A stretch of 40,000 nucleotides of DNA. It comes from an uncultured Acidobacteriota bacterium. Lineage in GTDB: Bacteria > Acidobacteriota > Terriglobia > Acidiferrales > UBA7541. This document shows positions 32,351 through 40,000 of this stretch, one piece after another (position 1 is the first letter of the stretch; the number at the start of each line of letters is the position of its first letter). Position numbers and translations under genes: made by a program. The stretch lies in NCBI GenBank assembly GCA_963808465.1, contig CAWEFX010000005.1:110921-150920 (forward strand), in the 5' to 3' direction. The notes under the pieces were generated by a model. It did not search any database. It saw only the letters and a program-made list of their open reading frames with translations, and had not been told where the DNA came from.

Positions 32351-33643
32351 ATGAAGATTCTGGTCATCGGAAGCGGCGGCCGCGAGCACGCACTGGTTTG
32401 GAAGCTGCGGCAGAGCCCGTCGGTCTCAAGGATCTGGTGCGCTCCCGGAAATGGCGGGATTTCGCAGCAAGCCGAAAGTATCCCGGTCAATCTAGCAGAT
32501 ATACAGGCACTTGGTGACCTGGCTCAAAAGCTGGGGGCGGATCTGACGGTTGTAGGCCCTGAGCAACCGCTCGTCGACGGAATTGCCGAAGAATTCGATC
32601 GTCGGAAATTGAAAATAATCGCTCCTTCCAAGAAGTGCGCTCAACTTGAAGGCAGTAAAATCTTTGCGAAGGAATTCGTTAATCGCCATGCTATACCTAC
32701 AGCAGCCACTTACGGCGTATTTGCTTCGGCTTCGGATGCTGTAAAGAAGCTTGAAAGCCTCAAATATCCCCTGGTTCTCAAAGCCGACGGACTTTGTGGT
32801 GGAAAAGGGGTCCTGGTAGCGAAATCCTTCGGCGAAGCGGCGGAATTCGCGGATCGAGTTCTTGAGAAGCGAGAATTTGGAGACGGCGGCGCTAAGCTGC
32901 TCATCGAAGAGGCACTCGAGGGCAAGGAGCTGTCTTTCATTGTGCTTAGTGACGGCCGCGATTTTGTGCCTTTGGTGCCGACTCGCGATCACAAGCGAGC
33001 CTTTGACGCAGATCGAGGACCGAATACGGGAGGCATGGGTGCTTATTCTTGCGACGGGATCGTGTCGCGTGCAATGGAGGCCGAAATTCGGCGGCAAATT
33101 GTGGAGCCGACTTTCGCCGCGTTGGAGCGTGAAGGCTGCGCTTATCGAGGCTTCCTCTATTTCGGGCTAATGCTGGCGTCGAACGGTCCTAAAGTGCTTG
33201 AATTCAACTGCCGCTTGGGGGATCCGGAAACACAGGCAATCGTGGCGCGAATGGATTTCGATCTAGCCGAGGTCCTTGCGGCGACTGTAGAGGGAAAATT
33301 GGCGAGGCAAGCCCTAAAATGGCGACCTGGTGCGAGTGTTTGCGTTGTTATGGCGTCCGGTGGCTATCCGGGAAATTATGCAACCGGCAAGGAGATCCAT
33401 GGTTTGGAAAGAGCGTCCGCAATGCCCGGTGTAGCCGTTTTTCATGCGGGTACGAAGCGCGAAGGCGATAACTACTACACAAGTAGTGGAAGGGTACTTG
33501 GCGTCACCGCAGTCGGGGACAGTTTGGACGAGGCGCGGCGGACGGCCTATGATGCAGTCGGACGCATTCAGTTTTCCGAGTGTCATTACCGCAGGGACAT
33601 TGCTCTGGCGGCGCCTCTTGTCGCAAATGCTGGAGAGGCTTGA
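32351..33643 (+). CDS. purD: Phosphoribosylamine--glycine ligase
   Basis: MKILVIGSGGREHALVWKL at the ATG at 32351; also KADGLCGGKGV, GPNTGGMGAY and AGTKREGDNYYTSSGRVLGVTA. The ORF-track start at 32270 looks like an N-terminal over-extension. Confidence 0.9.
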   Translation: MKILVIGSGGREHALVWKLRQSPSVSRIWCAPGNGGISQQAESIPVNLADIQALGDLAQKLGADLTVVGPEQPLVDGIAEEFDRRKLKIIAPSKKCAQLEGSKIFAKEFVNRHAIPTAATYGVFASASDAVKKLESLKYPLVLKADGLCGGKGVLVAKSFGEAAEFADRVLEKREFGDGGAKLLIEEALEGKELSFIVLSDGRDFVPLVPTRDHKRAFDADRGPNTGGMGAYSCDGIVSRAMEAEIRRQIVEPTFAALEREGCAYRGFLYFGLMLASNGPKVLEFNCRLGDPETQAIVARMDFDLAEVLAATVEGKLARQALKWRPGASVCVVMASGGYPGNYATGKEIHGLERASAMPGVAVFHAGTKREGDNYYTSSGRVLGVTAVGDSLDEARRTAYDAVGRIQFSECHYRRDIALAAPLVANAGEA

Positions 33644-33648
33644 AACGA

Positions 33649-34104
33649 ATGGCGCACGTCTCGAATCTTTTCATTGCAGTCGAGCACCGCAAACCGATGA
33701 AGGCCGTCGATCAGGCCACAGCGGTAGCGAATCGGGGATTTGAGGGCTGCATCCACGGACGGCACGGCAGCAAGCGACAGGTTCTGCTCGTTGATACCGA
33801 GACGCTGGCCGAATTTGGTCTCGAACCAGGGATCGTACGAGAGAACATCACGACGGTGGGCCTGAATGTCGCTGACCTAAAATTGGGGCAACGCCTTGCG
33901 ATTGGGGGCGTAGTGCTCGAGGTGACGATCCCTTGCGAGCCATGCCATCAGATGGACGAGATTCGTATGGGACTGCAAGAAGCATTGAAAGATCGCAGAG
34001 GAGTGTTATGCCGCGTGATCGAAGGCGGTCGAATTTCGCGCGGAGATGTGATTGAGGTTCGTGAGGCCGCTAAGGCCATTCAGAATGTCGGAGGAGCGCG
34101 TTGA
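33649..34104 (+). CDS. MOSC domain-containing protein
   Basis: RQVLLVDTETLAEFGLEPGIVRENITTVGLNVADLKLGQRLAIGGVVLEVTIPCEPCHQMD is the MOSC beta-barrel with its conserved Cys. The ATG at 33649 is preferred over 33580. Confidence 0.75.
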   Translation: MAHVSNLFIAVEHRKPMKAVDQATAVANRGFEGCIHGRHGSKRQVLLVDTETLAEFGLEPGIVRENITTVGLNVADLKLGQRLAIGGVVLEVTIPCEPCHQMDEIRMGLQEALKDRRGVLCRVIEGGRISRGDVIEVREAAKAIQNVGGAR

Positions 34105-34643
34105 GCAAAGGCGAGACGTCCAAAGTACGAGCGCAGGTTGGCATCATTATGGGTTCGGACACCGATCTGCCGATCATGAACGAATCGGCAAAAATGCTGG
34201 ATAAGTTTTCGATCCCATTCGAAATTGAAGTGGTTTCAGCACATCGTTCGCCGGCGCGGACCCACGAATACGCGACGACAGCCATCGAGAGAGGGCTGAA
34301 GGTAGTGATCGTCGCCGCGGGCGGGGCAGCGCATCTGGCCGGCGTGGTAGCGGCGCTTACGACTCTGCCGGTGATTGCGGTGCCTATGGCTACCACGGTG
34401 CTATCGGGCATTGACGCGCTGCTTTCGAGTGTGCAGATGCCGGCCGGCGTACCTGTAGCGGCGATGGCCATTGATAAGCCCGGCGCCATCAATGCGGCGA
34501 TTTATGCAGCGGAGATCATCGCTACGTTCGATCGGCGAGTTGCCGAGCAACTCGTTGCCTACAAGCAGGAGTTGGCGCGCTCGGTAGCAGAGAAGAGCGC
34601 GCGTGTGAAGCAGCAGTTCGCGGAGAAAGCCGCCGCGAAGTAG
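34101..34643 (+). CDS. purE: N5-carboxyaminoimidazole ribonucleotide mutase
   Basis: QVGIIMGSDTDLPIM, VVSAHRSP, and IVAAGGAAHLAGVVAALTTLPVIAVP. Confidence 0.9.
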   Translation: MSKGETSKVRAQVGIIMGSDTDLPIMNESAKMLDKFSIPFEIEVVSAHRSPARTHEYATTAIERGLKVVIVAAGGAAHLAGVVAALTTLPVIAVPMATTVLSGIDALLSSVQMPAGVPVAAMAIDKPGAINAAIYAAEIIATFDRRVAEQLVAYKQELARSVAEKSARVKQQFAEKAAAK

Positions 34644-34684
34644 TATTCCTGCAGAATAGTCAGTAAAAATCGGTTGGCAGAGGG

Positions 34685-35737
34685 CTATCGCGGGCGCGCT
34701 CCGCGATTGCGCAGTGAAGGCGCGTCGGGTTCGGTCGGTTGCGTCTGCGTTTTGCCCGGGGGAATGGGTTCCTGGGGCGCGAGAATCCACTGGAACCCCC
34801 GGTTCATATCCAATGCGGCCATTACCAGGTTCTGCTCATTTCCCCCAGCCGCGGGGATTGCGGCGCGCATGAAGTCGGAAATGGGGGACGACTGAGCTTT
34901 GATGCTATTCCCCGCGGCAACTAAAGCGACGGCGTCTGAAACGCTGCGCGACGAATGGGCAATCCGGTCGAACTGCGGATCAGGTTGCGCGACACGCTGA
35001 GCCAACTGAAGCTGCGGAAGATTCGCCGGATAATCCGCCTCTATGAACGTGCGCGGCTGTCCCTTTTCGGGCGGATAGAGCTGAATGTATGCAGGACGCA
35101 GGATGCGCGTCTGCCAAAAATCATTGGCGAGATTTTCCTGGCGGACGCGATACTGCAGGTTCCAGATTTCGGGCCCGTAATTCTGGACGTAGTCCACGAG
35201 GATCAGTTCCACAAGAGGCTCATCAGGGGCGAGGTCGAGCTTATGGTGGATCTGATCCACGATCGGCCGGATCAATTCAAGCACTCCGACGCCGATATCT
35301 TCGATCTCGCTCGGTTCCTCGGAAGGTTTCTGGGAGGGACGGCGAAGGGCGTTCGCCGCCACGGCCGGCAATTCAGCATCAAAGCGTGTTGCCTTTCCGG
35401 TATCCGGAGCGGTCCAGTCGATGGCGCCCAGCAAAATACCGATGCGGCCGGAACTGACGGGGAGCACGGCGGGAGGCCGCGAGCCGACTTCTCCGCCGCC
35501 GCTGGTTGCCGCGACGATGATGGCATCTTTCGTGACGCAAAAAATCGCGCGCCCGGTAGCCAAATTGGCTACGATTTCGCCGCCTGAACTTTGCTGCGCC
35601 TGCGCCGCCGCAGGGAGCGCAAATAGCTGAAGAAACGCAAACGCCAGCAGGAAAACGCGCGTGAGGTAGCAATTTGCCAACACAGTAAATCGCATAAATC
35701 GTGCAGGATGGATGCTCTTCACAATTCGCACGGCCAA
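34685..35737 (-). CDS. Hypothetical secreted protein
   Basis: Signal-peptide-like VFLLAFAFLQLFALPAAAQAQ. No recognised domain. The start is uncertain. Confidence 0.5.
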   Translation of the reverse strand: MAVRIVKSIHPARFMRFTVLANCYLTRVFLLAFAFLQLFALPAAAQAQQSSGGEIVANLATGRAIFCVTKDAIIVAATSGGGEVGSRPPAVLPVSSGRIGILLGAIDWTAPDTGKATRFDAELPAVAANALRRPSQKPSEEPSEIEDIGVGVLELIRPIVDQIHHKLDLAPDEPLVELILVDYVQNYGPEIWNLQYRVRQENLANDFWQTRILRPAYIQLYPPEKGQPRTFIEADYPANLPQLQLAQRVAQPDPQFDRIAHSSRSVSDAVALVAAGNSIKAQSSPISDFMRAAIPAAGGNEQNLVMAALDMNRGFQWILAPQEPIPPGKTQTQPTEPDAPSLRNRGARPR

Positions 35738-35855
35738 CTGAAGGCCATCTCCACGTTATCATAACTTCAAAGCATCTTCGGCTTGTCAGCTGATCGATCG
35801 CGGCGATTTCAGTAGAATACGTGCCGGACGAATTTTCCGGTGCAGAGGACGATCA

Positions 35856-36455
35856 ATGGGACTTTTGGATTTGATTACTGGAGGCAAGGGGCTGCGCAAG
35901 CCCACGCGAATTCGCCACCAGGGCAAACAACTGTCTGAGATTCTGGAGGCGCACAATAACCATTTTCTCGGTAAAACTGGAGGCCAGCGCGCGGACCTGA
36001 CAGGAGCGGATTTGAGGCTTGCGGATCTGCGCCATGCGAATCTGAGTGGCGCGATTCTCGACCGGGCGAATTTGGACGGCGCGAATCTGCAGCAATCGAA
36101 ACTCACGCACGCCAGCCTGGCGGGAGCTCAATTGCGCGGCGCCGATCTGCGCAGCACAGACCTGACGGAAGCTAATCTGCCGGGCGCCAATCTGAGCGAA
36201 GCGCAGGCCAGCGGTGTGGAATTTTTCCGATGCGATTTGAGCAACGCGGATTTCCGCCGTGCCAATCTACGCAATGCCAATTTTCGCCTGGCAAATATCA
36301 GGGGCGCGCTTTTCGCCGGCGCGGATATGGGCGTGACAATTCTGCGCGAAACGAATCTGGAAGGCGTCGATCTTTCGGGTGTGGACCTTACGACGACGCT
36401 GCTTCCCAAGGGGTATACGCGACCGGCGGCGCCCGCTTCAACGCATCAGCCGTAA
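35856..36455 (+). CDS. Pentapeptide-repeat protein
   Basis: A long run of A(D/N)LxG pentapeptides (ADLTGADLRLADLRHANLSGAILDRANLDGANLQQSKL...). Confidence 0.85.
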   Translation: MGLLDLITGGKGLRKPTRIRHQGKQLSEILEAHNNHFLGKTGGQRADLTGADLRLADLRHANLSGAILDRANLDGANLQQSKLTHASLAGAQLRGADLRSTDLTEANLPGANLSEAQASGVEFFRCDLSNADFRRANLRNANFRLANIRGALFAGADMGVTILRETNLEGVDLSGVDLTTTLLPKGYTRPAAPASTHQP

Positions 36456-36482
36456 GGACGCGATCCTGGCAGAAATACGGAG

Positions 36483-37955
36483 TTAGCCCCTGCTTTCCGC
36501 AGCATGGGCCGGCAAGCCGACGCTGCGGCGGCGAATCTCGATCCCTAATCGCTTAATTTTTTGATTCAATGTCGATAGCGGGACCTGAAATCGCTCGGCA
36601 GCTTCGGTCTGGTTCCAACCGGTTTGCTCCAACATATCCAGGATCACGCGGCGTTCAATCTGTTCCATGATTTCGAAAAGTGAGGGTGCGGGCTGACCGG
36701 CAGGTGTGCTCTGGTTGCTTTCTTTGGCGAGAGAATTCAGGAGATCGGAGAGCTGCAGCCGCGCATCGCCGAGTATTCCTCGCGTGAGAATCGGCTCCGG
36801 CAGCAGATCAACGTCGATTTCGTCGCGCGAAGAGAGAACGACGGCGCGCTCGACGACGTTTTCAAGCTCGCGCACGTTTCCAGGCCAAGGATAGTCCATC
36901 AGCAGCTTCATGGCTTCCCGAGTAAATTGTCCCAAGGGGCGATTGTTCTCCTTGGAGAACTGCTGCAAGAAATGATCGAGGAGCGAGGGAATATCCTCGC
37001 GGCGCTCCCGCAGAGGCGGCAGCTTAAGAGCAATCACGTTGAGGCGATGATAGAGATCCTCGCGAAAGCGGCCATCGCGCACAAGCCCCAGCAGATCTAC
37101 GTTCGACGCGGCGACGATGCGCACGTCTACCTTGATATTTTCGGTGCCGCCCAGGCGCATGAATTCGCGCTCTTGAATCACACGCAGCAGCTTGGCCTGT
37201 GTCTCCATGCCTATGGTGGAAATTTCGTCGAAGAAGATCGTGCCTTGATCGGCGACCTCGAAAAGTCCCTTCTTCGAAGCGATGGCGCTGGTGAACGCAC
37301 CCTTTACGTGGCCGAACAGTTGCGATTCGAGAAGATCGACGGGAATCGAGCCGCTATTCACAGCCACGAAGGGCTTATCAGCGCGCGGAGAAGCGGAGTG
37401 GATGGCCTTGGCGATGAGTTCTTTCCCGGTGCCGCTTTCGCCCACAACAAGAATAGTGGAGCGTGAAGGGGCCACCTGCGCCACCAGATCGAGAAGCGAA
37501 ACGATACGATCGCTTTTGCCAATAATGTTCGGGAAGTTATAGCGCTGCTTGAGCGCCCGCTTGAGCTGAACGTTTTCTTCCCGCAGTCGACGGCCTTCGA
37601 TGGCCGAGGCAATCTGCGCGAGCAGTTCGTCATTCGACCAGGGCTTGGTGATGTAGTCCTGAGCTCCACTTTTGAACGCCTGGCGTGCCATGTCGATGGA
37701 GCCGTAGGCTGTGATCAGCACGACAGGAAGATGCGGATCGCGCTGCCGAATATCGCGGAGCAGATCGAGGCCACTACGGCCGGGCAGGCTTACGTCAAGA
37801 AGCAGAAGGTCGAAAGGTTCTTGTTCGAGGCGCGCGAGCCCGGCTTCGCCGGTCTCTGCGGAAGTGACGGAGTAGCCTTCCGAGGAAAGTAGTAGCTCGA
37901 GACCTTCCCGAATTTCTGCTTCGTCGTCTATGACCAGGATCGAGCCATTAGGCAT
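36483..37955 (-). CDS. Sigma-54-dependent response regulator (NtrC family: REC + AAA+ + Fis-type HTH)
   Basis: REC domain (ILVIDDE...LLLLDVSLPG), Walker A GESGTGKE, GAFTSA loop, RFREDLYHRLNV, and C-terminal HTH NQTEAAERFQVPLSTLNQKIKRLGI. Confidence 0.9.
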   Translation of the reverse strand: MPNGSILVIDDEAEIREGLELLLSSEGYSVTSAETGEAGLARLEQEPFDLLLLDVSLPGRSGLDLLRDIRQRDPHLPVVLITAYGSIDMARQAFKSGAQDYITKPWSNDELLAQIASAIEGRRLREENVQLKRALKQRYNFPNIIGKSDRIVSLLDLVAQVAPSRSTILVVGESGTGKELIAKAIHSASPRADKPFVAVNSGSIPVDLLESQLFGHVKGAFTSAIASKKGLFEVADQGTIFFDEISTIGMETQAKLLRVIQEREFMRLGGTENIKVDVRIVAASNVDLLGLVRDGRFREDLYHRLNVIALKLPPLRERREDIPSLLDHFLQQFSKENNRPLGQFTREAMKLLMDYPWPGNVRELENVVERAVVLSSRDEIDVDLLPEPILTRGILGDARLQLSDLLNSLAKESNQSTPAGQPAPSLFEIMEQIERRVILDMLEQTGWNQTEAAERFQVPLSTLNQKIKRLGIEIRRRSVGLPAHAAESRG

Positions 37956-40000
37956 GAACCGCTTTCCTTACCGCCGGAAATTCCAAGCGGAAAGAGGTGC
38001 CTTTGCCAGGGGTTGAGCGCACCTCGACTTTGCCGGCATGCTCTTTGATGATGCCATAGCTTACCGAGAGGCCCAAACCGGTGCCGCGTCCTGTGGCTTT
38101 GGTGGTGAAGAAGGGATCAAAAACACGCGCGAGATTTTCGCGCTGAATGCCCATGCCCGTGTCGGATATTTCGACTTCTACAGTACCGTTATTTGCACTA
38201 CTTCGCACTTCGAGCATCCCGCCGGAAGGCATGGCGTCTTTGGCGTTCAGGAAAAGATTCAGGAAAACCTGCTGCAAACGATTACTCGATCCGAGAACGC
38301 CCGGCAAATCGGCATCCAGATTTTTAATCACCTGAACGTTGCCGGCACGGAAGGGGTGAGCCACCAGGGTCAGTGTTTCATCAATCACCTGGTTGAGATT
38401 CACTTCCTTGAACGCGGCACCGCCGGTGCGCGAGAAATTAAGCAAATTATTGACGATCTCACTGGCGCGGAAAGTCTGCTTGACGATCTTGTCGGTCAAT
38501 TTTTGCCGAGGATCGTTAGAGGGCAGTTGCTTGGCGAGCATCTGGATGTAATTGGAAATCACGGCTAGCGGCGTATTCACTTCGTGGGCTACGCCCGCAG
38601 CCAGCAATCCCAATGAAGTGAGTTTTTCGGTCTGCACCAGCTGTTCTTCGAGTTGCATGCGCTGGGTAATGTCGTCGACGAGGATGAGCCGGCCGAGGCG
38701 CTCCTCGCATTTGCCAGCCAGTGGCGCGATGGAGACATTCACGACCAGAGTGCGGCCATCTCGATTTCGCAATGGGAACTTGTAGAGATTCGTGACGCGC
38801 TCTTCCTGAGCGCGCGCGGCTATTTCCACGGCTAAATCGGCGGGCAGAATTTCCTCAAGGGTGCGCCCGACGGCATCGGCGCGCCGCACCCCCATGGACT
38901 GCTCCAGTTGCGTGTTCCAGAACTCAATGCGGCCCTCGAAGTCCAATGCAAGCACGCCGACATTCATCGATTCGACGATATTCTCCGAGAAGTCTTTCAA
39001 GCGCTCGATCTGCTGCGCCTTTTGCTCGAGCGAGGAATAAAGCTGGGCATTGTCGAGCGCCACGGCGAGGTAGCCGGCTATGGTGAAGAGCAACTCGACA
39101 TCCTCGCTCGTGAGGAAGTCACCGTCGATCGTCTTGCCCACGCCGAGAATGGCGACGGTGCGGTCGTGAATGGGGCACGGGATGAAATAGGGGAGATCCA
39201 GTTGTTCGAGTGAACGCCGTACGGATTCGCTCTCTTCGCGCGCCGCACGATAGGAATCGAAGAAGAAATAGCCACGTGCAAATTCCGGTCGATTGGGCGA
39301 GAGGAAACTCAAGTCCAGCGCGTCGGCCGCCGACTCGGAGATACCTAACCCGCGGAAGGTGAGCAAGCGATAACGCCCTGGTGTGGACTCGTCATCGAGA
39401 AACACAGCGAGACGGTCTACCAGCAAAGTTTGCGAGATTCGATCCATGACCGAGGCGAGCATGGGTTCCACGCGAACTTCGTTGGTCAAGGTGCGCCCGA
39501 ATTCGATCAGCGTGCGGCGATAATTCAGGCGATCACGATAGAAAAAGCGGTCGAGATGGGCTTGCGTCCATTCGCGGAACGGTTGGAAGAGGAATGCAGC
39601 GATGACGATGGCAATGATTTCGCCAAACAGACCCGTCGGCCACGCCGTGTGGAACAGCCCCCCGATGATCGTCACCAGCGCGATATAGATAGCGATCACA
39701 GCACCAGTCGCCGCTGTATACGTCAGCCCGCGCTTGAAGATGATGTCGACATCCATCAGGCGATACCGCCCGATCGCGTATGCGAAGCACAATGGAATCA
39801 GTGCCAGCGAGAGAGCCGATAAGTTCATCCACTGGCGCGGGACGGTTCCCAGCGAGAACGGCAGAATGTACAGGGCAGCGAAGGGCAAAATGCCGGCCAG
39901 CGTGCCGCCGGTGAGCCATTTCAACTGCTGGCGCACCACTCCGTTGGGCGTCCGCGAATAGCTGCTCAGAAAAATCGCCGCTGCTAGCAAGAAGTAGGCT
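37948..40000 (-). CDS. Sensor histidine kinase (membrane + GAF/PAS-like + HisKA + HATPase_c), 5' end probably outside the window
   Basis: H-box GVAHEVNTPL, N-box LNLFLNAKDAM, and G-boxes DTGMGI and GTGLGLSVS. The N-terminus is hydrophobic. The frame stays open to position 40000. It overlaps the downstream regulator gene by 8 nt. Confidence 0.85.
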   Translation of the reverse strand, partial: AYFLLAAAIFLSSYSRTPNGVVRQQLKWLTGGTLAGILPFAALYILPFSLGTVPRQWMNLSALSLALIPLCFAYAIGRYRLMDVDIIFKRGLTYTAATGAVIAIYIALVTIIGGLFHTAWPTGLFGEIIAIVIAAFLFQPFREWTQAHLDRFFYRDRLNYRRTLIEFGRTLTNEVRVEPMLASVMDRISQTLLVDRLAVFLDDESTPGRYRLLTFRGLGISESAADALDLSFLSPNRPEFARGYFFFDSYRAAREESESVRRSLEQLDLPYFIPCPIHDRTVAILGVGKTIDGDFLTSEDVELLFTIAGYLAVALDNAQLYSSLEQKAQQIERLKDFSENIVESMNVGVLALDFEGRIEFWNTQLEQSMGVRRADAVGRTLEEILPADLAVEIAARAQEERVTNLYKFPLRNRDGRTLVVNVSIAPLAGKCEERLGRLILVDDITQRMQLEEQLVQTEKLTSLGLLAAGVAHEVNTPLAVISNYIQMLAKQLPSNDPRQKLTDKIVKQTFRASEIVNNLLNFSRTGGAAFKEVNLNQVIDETLTLVAHPFRAGNVQVIKNLDADLPGVLGSSNRLQQVFLNLFLNAKDAMPSGGMLEVRSSANNGTVEVEISDTGMGIQRENLARVFDPFFTTKATGRGTGLGLSVSYGIIKEHAGKVEVRSTPGKGTSFRLEFPAVRKAVHA

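Overview
The window has two parts. Positions 1-21,726 are an accessory island that looks more AT-rich by eye. Positions 21,727-40,000 are GC-richer, origin-proximal housekeeping DNA: rpmH-rnpA-yidD-yidC-jag, a YdjM-like hydrolase, selD, a rhomboid-TPR protease, bactofilin, parB-parA with two perfect parS sites, rsmG, purD, a MOSC protein, purE, a pentapeptide-repeat protein, and an NtrC-type regulator with its histidine kinase. The small-protein families suggest an Acidobacteria-like host, but that is a guess.

The island contains four things:
1. An ABC-3C (ABC three-component) conflict system: a middle component and a DUF3732 ABC ATPase. Its effector gene is cut by the window edge and appears frame-disrupted.
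2. A convergent retron-type reverse transcriptase fused to a C-terminal TOPRIM domain (type I-C / Ec67-like architecture), with a candidate msr/msd ncRNA and promoter directly upstream.
3. A BON + DUF900 alpha/beta-hydrolase lipoprotein.
4. The main finding: a 15.1-kb element (6573-21712) that I interpret as a casposon.

Evidence for the casposon is a Cas1-family casposase, a divergent family-B DNA polymerase, an HNH-like protein and HTH proteins. It is bounded by imperfect terminal inverted repeats of about 82 bp, flanked by a 14-bp direct duplication (GCGGCTGCCTTGAC), and inserted about 135 bp upstream of rpmH. No cas2, other cas genes or CRISPR array are present.

The element looks mosaic. 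It carries a degenerate second Cas1 3' end and a solo TIR-end remnant just outside its left end. Its cargo includes a split PUA/EVE-like + PD-(D/E)xK gene, a DHH phosphoesterase + 6-TM protein pair, an RHH-like gene plus a 481-aa protein with a C-terminal PD-(D/E)xK motif, a secreted protein with five 96-bp tandem repeats, and a family of short CCGAGAA hairpin repeats.

Caveat: several genes show 1-nt frame anomalies or lack a canonical start, including the essential rnpA. Assembly indel errors are therefore a live alternative to true pseudogenisation. All calls rest on motif reading by eye; no searches were run.
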